In this document: positions 1 through 8,416 of the stretch, one piece after another
How the letters are laid out: each line of letters begins with the position of its first letter
Numbering within the stretch: position 1 is the stretch's first letter
DNA from: Candidatus Methanoperedens sp.
Lineage (GTDB): Archaea; Halobacteriota; Methanosarcinia; Methanosarcinales; Methanoperedenaceae
NCBI GenBank assembly: GCA_027460535.1
Contig: JAPZAR010000010.1
Location: 161,144-193,143, forward strand
Direction: 5' to 3'
Length of the DNA: 32,000 nucleotides
Translations under genes and position numbers: made by a program
The notes under the pieces: generated by a model
What the model was told of the DNA's origin: nothing
What the model saw: only the letters and a program-made list of their open reading frames with translations
Database searches by the model: none

Positions 1-1
1 C

Positions 2-2935
2 GCCGGGATCTATCCACCGCCTAAAATAGACGTGATTCAAGAACCTCCGAGCCTGGAAATCACGGTAAAAGATTCGTTATCATTCAATATCAGTGTTGAC
101 CAGACAACAAATGTGAACTGGACAGTTAATGGGGAGACCTCCCAAGGCCCTTTTTTGGTCCAGGCAGGAGGAAATTCCAATTTCACTTTCGCTTCAGCTA
201 CCAGGGGAAATTATTCAATAATAGTGGAGGCGAGCAATACTAATGGAACTGACACGAGATCATGGAATGTGACCGTCCATCCTGAATTCTTCTTCAAGGG
301 GAACCGCATCTGGGACGGCAGTAAACCGGATGAGTTCTCACTCACATACACCTGGGACCCCATGAGCTTCTCAGGCTTCTACTATGATGTCAATGATGAC
401 GTGGGTGATGAGAGTATCACGATGAGCCTGAATGGCTACAGCGATAGAACCATAAACACTGGCAAGCTCGTGTACACCACATCCCCTCAAGAGGTAAGCT
501 TTGGCTACTCAGGTTTTGGCAGCTTTGAGGTCATAGGTTTCATGGCAGAGAAGTATTTTGCCGCCTATACATCCAACAGCAATCCTCCAAATCCAACTAC
601 AGGCATCGGGTTGAAAAGCGTGCTTGCCCAGGGTCACCTCCACAGGGTACTCATCGATGACGATACAAGGCGCACCATATCCCTGGGAGGCACACTCACT
701 CTGCAGGACGGTTATGTCCTGAAGGCAAAAGATATTGACATGAGCGCAAGGACCATGCTTATCTCCCTGTTAAAAGACGGAAATGAGGTGGATTCAACTC
801 CTCTTTCAGCGGGCCAGACCTATGTTTATACAAAGACAGTGGGGGGTGTAACAGACCTTCCTTTAATACTGGTCAGATTTGACAGTGTATTCTCAGGTAC
901 AGAAGTGCAAGCCGCATTCTTGCAGGGATTGTTCCAAATATCCGAAAGCTATGATACAGTTAATACCGGAAATGATTTTGGAGTGATGGAAGTCAGAAGT
1001 GTAAGCTTTAACAAAATAGAGATGAGAAATAATGCAGATGTAAGTCTAGATCAGGGAAGCACAGTGGATCTGATGGGAGATATGAAAATAGCAGTGGCGG
1101 ATAACAGCAATGCGGTCCGATTTGCCCTCTCTGTTGAAAAAACAGGCAGCTTTGAGGTAAGGAGCAGTATCTATAGAGAGGATGCCCCGATTGATGAATG
1201 GACCCCTTACAACTTCGGGTTGAACATAGGTAAGACCAGTGTCGGTTTTTATTATGACCTGGACGAAGGCATAGGTAATGAGAGCCTGCGGCTTGCAGAA
1301 CCATTGGATGGCAGCCGAACCATAAATGATGCGGGACTGGTATATACAACTACGCCGGAGGACGTAAGCTTTGGTTACTCCGGTTTTGGAAGCTATGAAG
1401 TCATAGGTTTCATGGCAGAGAAGTATTTCGCGGCCTATACCGCCAGCAGCAACCCCCCTGATCCAACCACAGGAATCGTTGCGAAGAGCGCGCTTTCTCA
1501 GGGCCAACTTCACAAGGTACTGATCGATGATGATACCAAGCGCACCATTTCTGTGGGAGGCACACTTGCTCTGCAGGAGGGTTATGTCTTGAAGGCAAAA
1601 GATATTGACATGAGTGCAAGAACTATGCTTATCTCATTATTAAAAGATGGGAACGAGGTAGATTCCACGCCCCTTTCCGCCGGTCAGACCTATGTGTACG
1701 TAAAGAGAGTTGGGGCAGTGTCAGACCTTCCTATAATAATGGCGAGGTTTGACAGCGTATTCTCAGGTACGGAAGTGCAGGCTGCGTTCTTGCAGGGATT
1801 GTTCCAGGTATCCGAAAACTACGCGACCATCAATACTGGCAATGAATTCGGTATGATGGAAGTCAGAAGCGTAAGCAATGATAACATAGAGATGAGTAAC
1901 GTCGGGAGTATCGGCCTGGATAATGGTGCAAATGAAGTGCTCATGGGAAATATTAACCTGAGAGTTGGTGATACGACTGATAATTCTCTGCGATTTTACT
2001 TTGCTGTTGATGTGACTCCTGAGACGGTGGCAAATCAGCTCGTAATAGACTCCCCGGCCCAGGCCACTGCAGGCGATACTGTCGGAATAAAGGTCACCGC
2101 GGGCGGAGAATTAATTGAGGGCGCATCCCTGACAATTGATTCTTCCGAGATCGGGCAAACGGACAGTAATGGTGTTCTTAATTATACTTTTTCCAGAAAC
2201 ATGAAAGGCACCTACAACTTAACTGGAACCAAGCTTGGCTACCAGGAAGACATTAAAAGCATAAACGTGCTGGAGTATATAGAGCGCAGGCTGAGTATAG
2301 ATGCTCCTGCTACGGCGAATCAGCTTGATACGATAGTCATAAAAGTCACATCCAATAGCACAGTCATTAGCAATGCGACTGTGCAATATGATAATACAAC
2401 CATTGGCTCGACCGATGGTAATGGTACCCTGAACTACACACTGGAAACAAGCGGCACGCACGCAATAACAGCTTCAAAAAATGGTTATATCACCGTAGAA
2501 AAGGAAATTGACGTCAGGGCACCCTTTTCTCAGTATGAGGCCCTTGATATCAATATCACTCCCAATACGGTTTTTACAGATGACGAGGCTGTGATCAAAT
2601 CCAATATCACAAATGCAGGTACCAAAAAAGATACACTTCCTGTGGAGCTTATAGTCAATGGAACTGCCGTGGATAACAGGTCTGTTACTCTCGCCCCCGG
2701 GGAGATAGAGGAAGTCAATTTCACACTAAAGGAAGCTGTGGCGGCGAACTATACTCTTGAGATCCTCGGACAAAAAGAGCTATTTCAAGTCAAAGAAAGG
2801 CCTTTTACTTCGAACTTGATCCTGATCGCGGCAATAGCTACAATTTTGGGGGTGATTGCCATCTACCTGTGGACTGCGAAAAATAAGATAACCCTCGAGT
2901 TAATAAAAAGGAAATTGAAGTTTGGAAAGGATTGA
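2..2935 (+). CDS. S-layer/surface protein, 5'-partial: two tandem S-layer-family duplication domains (DUF1608-type), two Ig-like/CarboxypepD_reg-like modules, a CARDB-like module and a C-terminal TM anchor
   Basis: Frame 2 is open from nt 2. There is no stop before the GTG at 32 and no signal peptide after it, so the gene is probably cut by the window edge. Two ~290-aa copies of the block GFYYD..RTIN..LVYTT..VSFGYSGFG..EVIGFMAEKYFAAYT..LKAKDIDMSARTMLISLLKDGNEVDS match the Methanosarcinales S-layer duplication domain. These are followed by GDTVGIKVT..DSNGVLNYT-type beta modules, NITNAGTKKDTLPVELIVNG (CARDB-like), the helix LILIAAIATILGVIAIYLW and a basic tail. N-x-S/T sequons are numerous. Confidence 0.85.
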   Translation, partial: AGIYPPPKIDVIQEPPSLEITVKDSLSFNISVDQTTNVNWTVNGETSQGPFLVQAGGNSNFTFASATRGNYSIIVEASNTNGTDTRSWNVTVHPEFFFKGNRIWDGSKPDEFSLTYTWDPMSFSGFYYDVNDDVGDESITMSLNGYSDRTINTGKLVYTTSPQEVSFGYSGFGSFEVIGFMAEKYFAAYTSNSNPPNPTTGIGLKSVLAQGHLHRVLIDDDTRRTISLGGTLTLQDGYVLKAKDIDMSARTMLISLLKDGNEVDSTPLSAGQTYVYTKTVGGVTDLPLILVRFDSVFSGTEVQAAFLQGLFQISESYDTVNTGNDFGVMEVRSVSFNKIEMRNNADVSLDQGSTVDLMGDMKIAVADNSNAVRFALSVEKTGSFEVRSSIYREDAPIDEWTPYNFGLNIGKTSVGFYYDLDEGIGNESLRLAEPLDGSRTINDAGLVYTTTPEDVSFGYSGFGSYEVIGFMAEKYFAAYTASSNPPDPTTGIVAKSALSQGQLHKVLIDDDTKRTISVGGTLALQEGYVLKAKDIDMSARTMLISLLKDGNEVDSTPLSAGQTYVYVKRVGAVSDLPIIMARFDSVFSGTEVQAAFLQGLFQVSENYATINTGNEFGMMEVRSVSNDNIEMSNVGSIGLDNGANEVLMGNINLRVGDTTDNSLRFYFAVDVTPETVANQLVIDSPAQATAGDTVGIKVTAGGELIEGASLTIDSSEIGQTDSNGVLNYTFSRNMKGTYNLTGTKLGYQEDIKSINVLEYIERRLSIDAPATANQLDTIVIKVTSNSTVISNATVQYDNTTIGSTDGNGTLNYTLETSGTHAITASKNGYITVEKEIDVRAPFSQYEALDINITPNTVFTDDEAVIKSNITNAGTKKDTLPVELIVNGTAVDNRSVTLAPGEIEEVNFTLKEAVAANYTLEILGQKELFQVKERPFTSNLILIAAIATILGVIAIYLWTAKNKITLELIKRKLKFGKD
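290..2010 (+). repeat. Intragenic tandem duplication, period 870 nt (290 aa), inside the S-layer gene
   Basis: GGTTTTTATTATGAC (GFYYD) occurs at 374 and again at 1244. CATGGCAGAGAAGTATTT occurs at 541 and 1411. The protein cores are about 80-85% identical by eye count. Confidence 0.9.
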
Positions 2936-2997
2936 GTCACATCGCTTGAAGTCCGGCGGTGTGTCCTGGTTCCTCCAGATCGCCTTCTCTTTTTCAG

Positions 2998-4386
2998 CTA
3001 CCTTAACCAGCCCCGCCTGTAGAAAACATATAATGCCAGGAGCATTATGGAAAGCTCAAGGAAGAATATCTCTGATAGCCTGACCGGATATGGACTGTCT
3101 ATCAGGTTCTCCCCAAAGAGCCCGCTTATGATTGAAGGTATGAGTCCGAGGCTTGTTATCACCGCTAGTATCCTCATTACCCTGTTTAACCCGACGGATA
3201 CTGTATTTATGCGAAGATCGATCAACGATATCAGATTGTCCCTGATGGTGTCAGATGTCTCAGAAAGGTAAACTGATTCATCAAAGAGAATGCCGAAGAG
3301 GGAAGGATATTCATCCTTCAAGCCGGGCAACATTTTTCTCGTTCTAACAGCCCCCAGCACCTGCCTAAAATGCAAGAGGTTGCTGTGGATTTTCTGGATC
3401 TCCCTCTTAAAGTAGAACGATCTCTCAAGGAACGGATGCATCTGACCTACGGGTAGTTCTTCCAGTGCCGTTATGTCTTGCTCCATTGACCGCACGATCT
3501 CTTCATAATCACTGATTTTTCTGCTGAAGATCGAGTATAGAATTCTGACAATAAAATCCTCATCCTTCACCGACAGGCCATCATTTATCAGATCAAATAG
3601 CTCGCTTTTGTTATTGGAAATGGTGACGATGTAGTTGTCGGCCCATGCAATGAGCATATTATTTCTCAGGATTTGTACGGTTTTGGTATCCGCATCTTCT
3701 GATCGCAGTTTATAGTCCCTGATGAAGATAGTGGTGAGGTTCTTGAAGAAATCGATCTTTGGGTAGGATTCCTTGATTATTTTGCTTTCCAGCACAACCC
3801 CTGGGATTTTGAGCGTGTCACTCAAAAAACCAATATCGAGCTCCGAAACCTCCTGAAGGTCGATCCAGATATGCCCCGGGGCAGCAATATAACGGGCAAT
3901 ATCTTCCTTTGCTGCACCTTTTATGATCCTGCCATCCTCGAGGATGTTGATTTTCATCTGTGAGACAAGCGGAGTAACCTTCTCCATTGGTCTTACCGGG
4001 ATCGCCCTTTTGACTGTCCTGCCAGCAACAGCAAATATCCTAGCAACCCGCAACAACGGAAAGATCCTTCCTATTCCTCCCAGCGGTATCCGCGGAATGA
4101 AATTCGTGGCAGCAAGGATAGCGATCAGAAGGTCTATGATGTGCCACGGCTCAGTAGCATATGCCTTCCTCGAATCTGCTACGTACAGCTTTAAGAAGTA
4201 CTCCAGAATGAATATCACAAGGATAGCATCTCTAACTGCCCTGAACAAAGCCAGCATGAACTGCGAGAAAGTAAATAAGGCGGGCAAAAAAATAACCGGG
4301 ATCAGTATCAGTGCAAGCACTATCATCAGGTGATCGGTCAGTATCTGATAAACCGGTTCCCTAAGTTTGGCACGCAGGGATTGCAT
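2998..4386 (-). CDS. CorA-like divalent-cation channel with an N-terminal voltage-sensor-like (S1-S4) four-helix module
   Basis: CorA-like features: WIDLQEVSELDIGFL, a long helical region, LNRVMRILAVITSLGLIPSIISGLFGENL (GEN at nt 3106-3114, where CorA has GMN), and a final TM followed by YRRGWL. The N-terminal segments resemble S2 (FILEYFLK), S3 (PWHIIDLLIAIL) and S4 (RIFPLLRVARIFAVAGRTVKR). The ATG at 4386 has a TATA-like CTTATAAG at 4405-4412. The longer ORF-track start at 4503 is GTG and adds a non-hydrophobic, AT-rich-encoded leader. Confidence 0.7.
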   Translation of the reverse strand: MQSLRAKLREPVYQILTDHLMIVLALILIPVIFLPALFTFSQFMLALFRAVRDAILVIFILEYFLKLYVADSRKAYATEPWHIIDLLIAILAATNFIPRIPLGGIGRIFPLLRVARIFAVAGRTVKRAIPVRPMEKVTPLVSQMKINILEDGRIIKGAAKEDIARYIAAPGHIWIDLQEVSELDIGFLSDTLKIPGVVLESKIIKESYPKIDFFKNLTTIFIRDYKLRSEDADTKTVQILRNNMLIAWADNYIVTISNNKSELFDLINDGLSVKDEDFIVRILYSIFSRKISDYEEIVRSMEQDITALEELPVGQMHPFLERSFYFKREIQKIHSNLLHFRQVLGAVRTRKMLPGLKDEYPSLFGILFDESVYLSETSDTIRDNLISLIDLRINTVSVGLNRVMRILAVITSLGLIPSIISGLFGENLIDSPYPVRLSEIFFLELSIMLLALYVFYRRGWLR

Positions 4387-4608
4387 AATGTTTGTTTTAT
4401 ATGTCTTATAAGAAATACTCTTGGTAAGGAAATGATAGATCAAAGGTCTATAGCCATTTCTCATGACGGTAAATCCTATTCTAGGCAGCCTTGAACAAGT
4501 CACAAGCTAATTTGTGTTAAACTGAAATGCTTTAATCCCTCCATACCCGGGATGTTTATTTAAGCGAAGCTGCCAATATGGGGATAGGAGTAAGACGGAG
4601 TAGAATTT

Positions 4609-5007
4609 ATGGGTTTTCTTGGAACCAGGGCAAGTTCGTTCTCGGATATGGTTCTGATTGCCCAGACAGCAGCTTTCCTGATACTTTTTTCAGGTCTTGT
4701 ATATGTAAGAAAGAAAAATTTTTCAAATCATGATAAAATGGCCAAGATTGCGGTCCTTATAAGCAGCCTATCTTTCGTATGGATGGGCTATTCTCTCATT
4801 TCCAATTTTCTGACACTTGCATCTATGACTTTTATGGGTTTGCTTATTGTTTCCCATGTGATCATAGGGTTATTAGCGCTATTCATGGGCATATTCCTGA
4901 TATTGGATGAGATAAAAAAGACAGAAGCCTCCATGAGAATTATTTTTGTTTCATGGACTGCAGCAGTTCTTTTAGGTGTTATATTGTATATTATGTATCT
5001 AGCTTAA
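4609..5007 (+). CDS. Small integral membrane protein (4 predicted TM; possibly DUF420-like)
   Basis: GGAG lies 8-11 nt upstream of the ATG. There are four hydrophobic segments. Conserved-looking His residues (KKNFSNHDKM, IVSHVIIG) are reminiscent of DUF420, but that assignment is weak. Confidence 0.55.
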   Translation: MGFLGTRASSFSDMVLIAQTAAFLILFSGLVYVRKKNFSNHDKMAKIAVLISSLSFVWMGYSLISNFLTLASMTFMGLLIVSHVIIGLLALFMGIFLILDEIKKTEASMRIIFVSWTAAVLLGVILYIMYLA

Positions 5008-5093
5008 GCCTGCTATAGATATTTAAAATCCAATCAAATGGCAAGAATTAAATACGATGCTATCGAATTTATTATATTAAGAGTGGAGGGAAT

Positions 5094-5543
5094 ATGGCAA
5101 TAGGTGATTTGAACAAGAAGTTTGGCTGGATATGGCTATTGATAGGCCCATTAATGGGCTTGTATATTACCAGCCGTATGGTCGGCCTGGGAGCGGCATA
5201 TTCAGCTGCGACAAAAGAAGTAATGATCGCCGGGCAAAATGTGACGCTGTACATGGGAGAACCGGGTATGAGAGTAGTAAATCGACTTCTTCATGTTCAT
5301 AGCGGCCTTCTGGCTATCCTGAACATAGTTTATGGACTCAGTATTGACAATGTCAACCTGTCGGATAAAACCAAGAGGCTGGGCAGCATACTTGCAGTTG
5401 CGGGGGCAATTCTTGTAACTCTTGCGTTCTACTTCCTCCTGATTACATCGTTGAGGGCTCTTGCGGTTCCTTTCAGAACATTGGGGGGTATAAGCCTAGT
5501 AATTGCAGTCGTGATAATAGCCGTGGGGCAGCTTAAAAAATAG
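5094..5543 (+). CDS. Hypothetical integral membrane protein (4 predicted TM)
   Basis: GGAGGG lies just upstream of the ATG. There are four long hydrophobic segments. No family was recognised. Confidence 0.55.
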   Translation: MAIGDLNKKFGWIWLLIGPLMGLYITSRMVGLGAAYSAATKEVMIAGQNVTLYMGEPGMRVVNRLLHVHSGLLAILNIVYGLSIDNVNLSDKTKRLGSILAVAGAILVTLAFYFLLITSLRALAVPFRTLGGISLVIAVVIIAVGQLKK

Positions 5544-5622
5544 ATTCCTGAAGTCACCGCTGGCACTCAGGTGATGATGACCAGGGTTGATCTGTTGCAG
5601 GCTTTTTACAAGGGTAGCACAC

Positions 5623-6087
5623 CTATCTTATGAATAGCCTCCACCAGTGGATCCCTCTCATCAATAGCAATACAACGCCGACGCTCTTGATAATCTTCGC
5701 CGCTGAGATCACTATCATGAACTTCTTTGATTCATAATTTTCAATTCCTGCGACCATGGGGGCAAGATCACCCACAAAAGGGATCCAGGGGGAAACGAGA
5801 AGCAGCGTCACCCCGTATTTGCGAAAGTGCATCTGCATTTTTTCTTCCCGTTCTTTGTTATGAAACGGGATTATTTTCTGAAGCTCATATTTTCCCAGGA
5901 GATAACCCAGTAATGCTCCTGTTATCGATCCTACAATTAATGTAACTATAATTATTGCCGGATTTATCCCTACACGAAGTAACTCCACTATGACAAATTC
6001 TGTGGGTATCGGGATGATGGAAGAAATAATGCTGACCGCTAAAAGTCCCATCGTTCCGTAGGCGGCGAATAATTCGAATAGTACCAT
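5623..6087 (-). CDS. DedA/YqaA-type (VTT / SNARE-associated domain) small membrane protein
   Basis: ATG start. Motifs YGTMGLLAVSIISSIIPIPTEFV and GVTLLLVSPWIPFVGDLAPMVAG fit the DedA/YqaA pattern. Confidence 0.6.
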   Translation of the reverse strand: MVLFELFAAYGTMGLLAVSIISSIIPIPTEFVIVELLRVGINPAIIIVTLIVGSITGALLGYLLGKYELQKIIPFHNKEREEKMQMHFRKYGVTLLLVSPWIPFVGDLAPMVAGIENYESKKFMIVISAAKIIKSVGVVLLLMRGIHWWRLFIR

Positions 6088-6243
6088 TCTTGACCCCTAT
6101 TTTGTTTTCTGAACTATAAACATAATCGTACAACGCCAAATTCACTGCTTTTAAATAGATCTCGGGCCGAAGTTCCACTTCACGGCGCTCCTGATGCACA
6201 GTATAGAAGTGTCCCTCAGGCTGATATTTGAACTTTACGGGCG

Positions 6244-6831
6244 TTAAGACCTTCCCAGTATAGTCCTGAAATGGTTCATCCTTTTTTCCCACCTCTCGCT
6301 CGTGCCCACCTCAGCATGGCATTTCGTGCACTCGTCCGTGTGGCAGGAACTGCATGTTACCCCCCTTGGTATATGGATAGTTATGAGATTTCCTTTGCTT
6401 GGCAAGAGCGGATCGGGATAATCATGGCAATTGTTGCAGGATATGTTCCCATTGATATAGACGGGTTTTGTAGGACTTGTTCCGTGGCATTTCTCGCATG
6501 TAACGTTCTTATTAATGGGGTGCACCTCATGCGATATCTTATGGCAGATAAGGCAGTAAGCACCACCGTTTACGTGGGGCGTTACTGTCAATGCCTGGGG
6601 GATGGATGGTTTTCCCGACATATGGCAGCCCTCGCAGACACCTTTGGATACCAATACGGTGAAGTTGCCGCCCTGCTGCATATCTTTTCTCTGGGCGCTG
6701 CCATTTGTTGTTTCCGGTTGAACCGATATGCGCCTTTCCTGGTTTACACGACCTTCCTGGATTATGAATAACAATATCAACAGGAAGGCAGCCGTGAATA
6801 TTATCAGCAATAGCCTATACCTTGTTTTCAT
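6244..6831 (-). CDS. Membrane-anchored hexahaem c-type cytochrome
   Basis: Six CxxCH motifs (CEGCH, CLICH, CEKCH, CNNCH, CSSCH, CTKCH) fall within about 130 residues. The N-terminus MKTRYRLLLIIFTAAFLLILLFII is a signal anchor. The ATG at 6831 is preferred over the GTG at 6837 used by the ORF track. Confidence 0.85.
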   Translation of the reverse strand: MKTRYRLLLIIFTAAFLLILLFIIQEGRVNQERRISVQPETTNGSAQRKDMQQGGNFTVLVSKGVCEGCHMSGKPSIPQALTVTPHVNGGAYCLICHKISHEVHPINKNVTCEKCHGTSPTKPVYINGNISCNNCHDYPDPLLPSKGNLITIHIPRGVTCSSCHTDECTKCHAEVGTSERWEKRMNHFRTILGRS

Positions 6832-6833
6832 TG

Positions 6834-7031
6834 TCACGACCTGTTCAGCAAATGTAGATTAGAGTCCGCTACTGCTCCCTGGATATCATGCGGCAGTCCG
6901 GGGGTGCCGAAGATGAAATGAGCCATCTCAAGGGCCGTGGTGGGAATAAAATAATGTCCCGTTGCCCCCAGGGCCGGCATATCACCCGGAGAAAAGCGGG
7001 ATGTCTTCAATTCACTGTTCGGTTGTTCCAT
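6834..7031 (-). CDS. Hypothetical small soluble protein, tightly coupled upstream of the cytochrome gene
   Basis: Its TGA stop (6834-6836) is 2 nt from the cytochrome ATG at 6831, or overlaps the GTG at 6837. It has no Cys, no TM segment and no recognised family. Confidence 0.35.
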   Translation of the reverse strand: MEQPNSELKTSRFSPGDMPALGATGHYFIPTTALEMAHFIFGTPGLPHDIQGAVADSNLHLLNRS

Positions 7032-7267
7032 CAGTAGCTAATTCCTCTAAGCATGTATAAGAAAAATATGATTTTTGATCTGTTAATAATATGCGGTTGT
7101 AGTCTGCTCCTGGATTACTCATCCTGCTATTATCATTTTATGACTTATTATTAATGTAATTATCGGTTCAGGCTGCCAGGGCTCTAACAGAGGGCTTAAC
7201 CAGAATTTTAAGTGTTAACATATACTTAGTGAGTAGATAAAGAAAAGATATTTTAAGCCTGAAGGTT

Positions 7268-8416
7268 ATGCTTATCACAATGAACCCGCCCCTTGTATCC
7301 ATCATAATCCCCTGTATGAACGAGGAGATGACCATAGGAACCTGCATCCGGAAAGCATGGTCAAGCCTGAAGCAGGAGGGACTGGAAGGAGAAATAATAG
7401 TATCGGACAATTCCACAGATAATTCCGGTGAGATCGCGAAAAAATCGGGTGCCAGAGTCGTAACTCCCGCTAATAAAGGGTATGGGAATGCATTTTTGGT
7501 GGGTTTCAGGCACGCAAGGGGTAAATATTTTCTGTTAGCGGATGCCGATGATACTTATGACCTGATGGAAATGGCTAAGTTCCTGAAACCACTCCTATCC
7601 GGCGAAGCGGATTTCGTAATGGGGAACAGATTGAAGGGAGAGATCAAAAAGAACTCCATGCCCTGGCTTCACAGGTACATAGGCAATCCCGTACTTACAA
7701 GAGTCCTGAACATGCTCTTCAAGACACAATTGAGCGATGCCCATTGCGGTATGAGGGCAATTACAAAAGATGCGCTGGAAAAGCTGGATCTAAAGAGCGA
7801 GGGGATGGAATTCGCAAGCGAGATGATAATTGAAGCCGCGCGGAAAAAACTTCGGATAACCGAGGTGCCTATCAATTATTATCCGAGGAAGACACCTTCC
7901 AAGCTTCACTCGTGGGGTGACGGATGGCGGCATCTGCGGTTCATGATGCTTTACAATCCGACACCATTTCTTTCCATCCCGGGCTCGCTCCTATTTCTAC
8001 TCGGCGGCTTTATGACATTCACTCTGGAATTGCGCGGGAACGTAGAAACAACAAGTTTGCATTCATTCATCCTGGGAAGCATGCTTGCAATTATCGGTAC
8101 CCAGATGATAGCCACGGGCACCTATTTGAAAGTCTATGGGATAATTCATAACAAAATAGACAGGACGGGTCTGACCGCAATGCTCCTGGACTACCATTCT
8201 CTTGAGGTAGGGCTATTTATCGGTATAATCTTGTTCTTCGGGGGCATGGTTTCCGGTTCAAGTGTTCTTTTCAAATGGATATCTTCAGGTTACGGCTCGC
8301 TTTCGGAAGTGGGGAACGCGGTCATATCCATGGTGCTCGCGGCCCTTGGCATCCAGATAATCTTTTCCGCGCTCATAATCAGTATTTTTTTGCTGGATAA
8401 TAAGGAAAACCAATGA
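7268..8416 (+). CDS. GT2 glycosyltransferase with a C-terminal 4-TM domain (polyprenyl/dolichyl-phosphate sugar synthase-like; GtrB/ArnC/AglD-type architecture)
   Basis: VSIIIPCMNEE, a DxD motif in LLADADDTYD, and a GT2 core, followed by four hydrophobic helices. The stop overlaps the next gene's start (ATGA at 8413-8416). Confidence 0.8.
   Translation: MLITMNPPLVSIIIPCMNEEMTIGTCIRKAWSSLKQEGLEGEIIVSDNSTDNSGEIAKKSGARVVTPANKGYGNAFLVGFRHARGKYFLLADADDTYDLMEMAKFLKPLLSGEADFVMGNRLKGEIKKNSMPWLHRYIGNPVLTRVLNMLFKTQLSDAHCGMRAITKDALEKLDLKSEGMEFASEMIIEAARKKLRITEVPINYYPRKTPSKLHSWGDGWRHLRFMMLYNPTPFLSIPGSLLFLLGGFMTFTLELRGNVETTSLHSFILGSMLAIIGTQMIATGTYLKVYGIIHNKIDRTGLTAMLLDYHSLEVGLFIGIILFFGGMVSGSSVLFKWISSGYGSLSEVGNAVISMVLAALGIQIIFSALIISIFLLDNKENQ

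Noticed and set aside
1008-1619. Three minus-strand ORFs (113, 155 and 69 aa) inside the S-layer gene, and similar ones at 2219-2724.
   Set aside because: They are antisense shadows of a strongly supported plus-strand gene. Their composition is Cys/His/Arg-rich and not protein-like, and no motifs are present.
2800-2935. The C-terminus of the S-layer protein, considered as a PGF-CTERM/archaeosortase signal.
   Set aside because: There is no PGF tripeptide. The TM helix is followed by a 20-residue Lys-rich tail rather than a short basic stub. It was called a plain C-terminal TM anchor.
5885-6292. A 135-aa minus-strand ORF whose first ~68 residues (6088-6292) look protein-like (MGKKDEPFQDYTGKVLTPVKFKYQPEGHFYTVHQERREVELRPEIYLKAVNL..).
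   Set aside because: To reach its stop it must read about 200 nt out of frame through the DedA-like gene, whose own N-terminus is canonical. It also overlaps the cytochrome 3' end. It may be a remnant or a chance ORF, and I cannot support it as a gene. It would deserve a second look only if Ribo-seq or conservation supports it.
6271-6771. A 166-aa plus-strand ORF.
   Set aside because: It is antisense to the cytochrome gene. Six CxxCH motifs on the minus strand cannot be chance, so the plus-strand ORF is a shadow.
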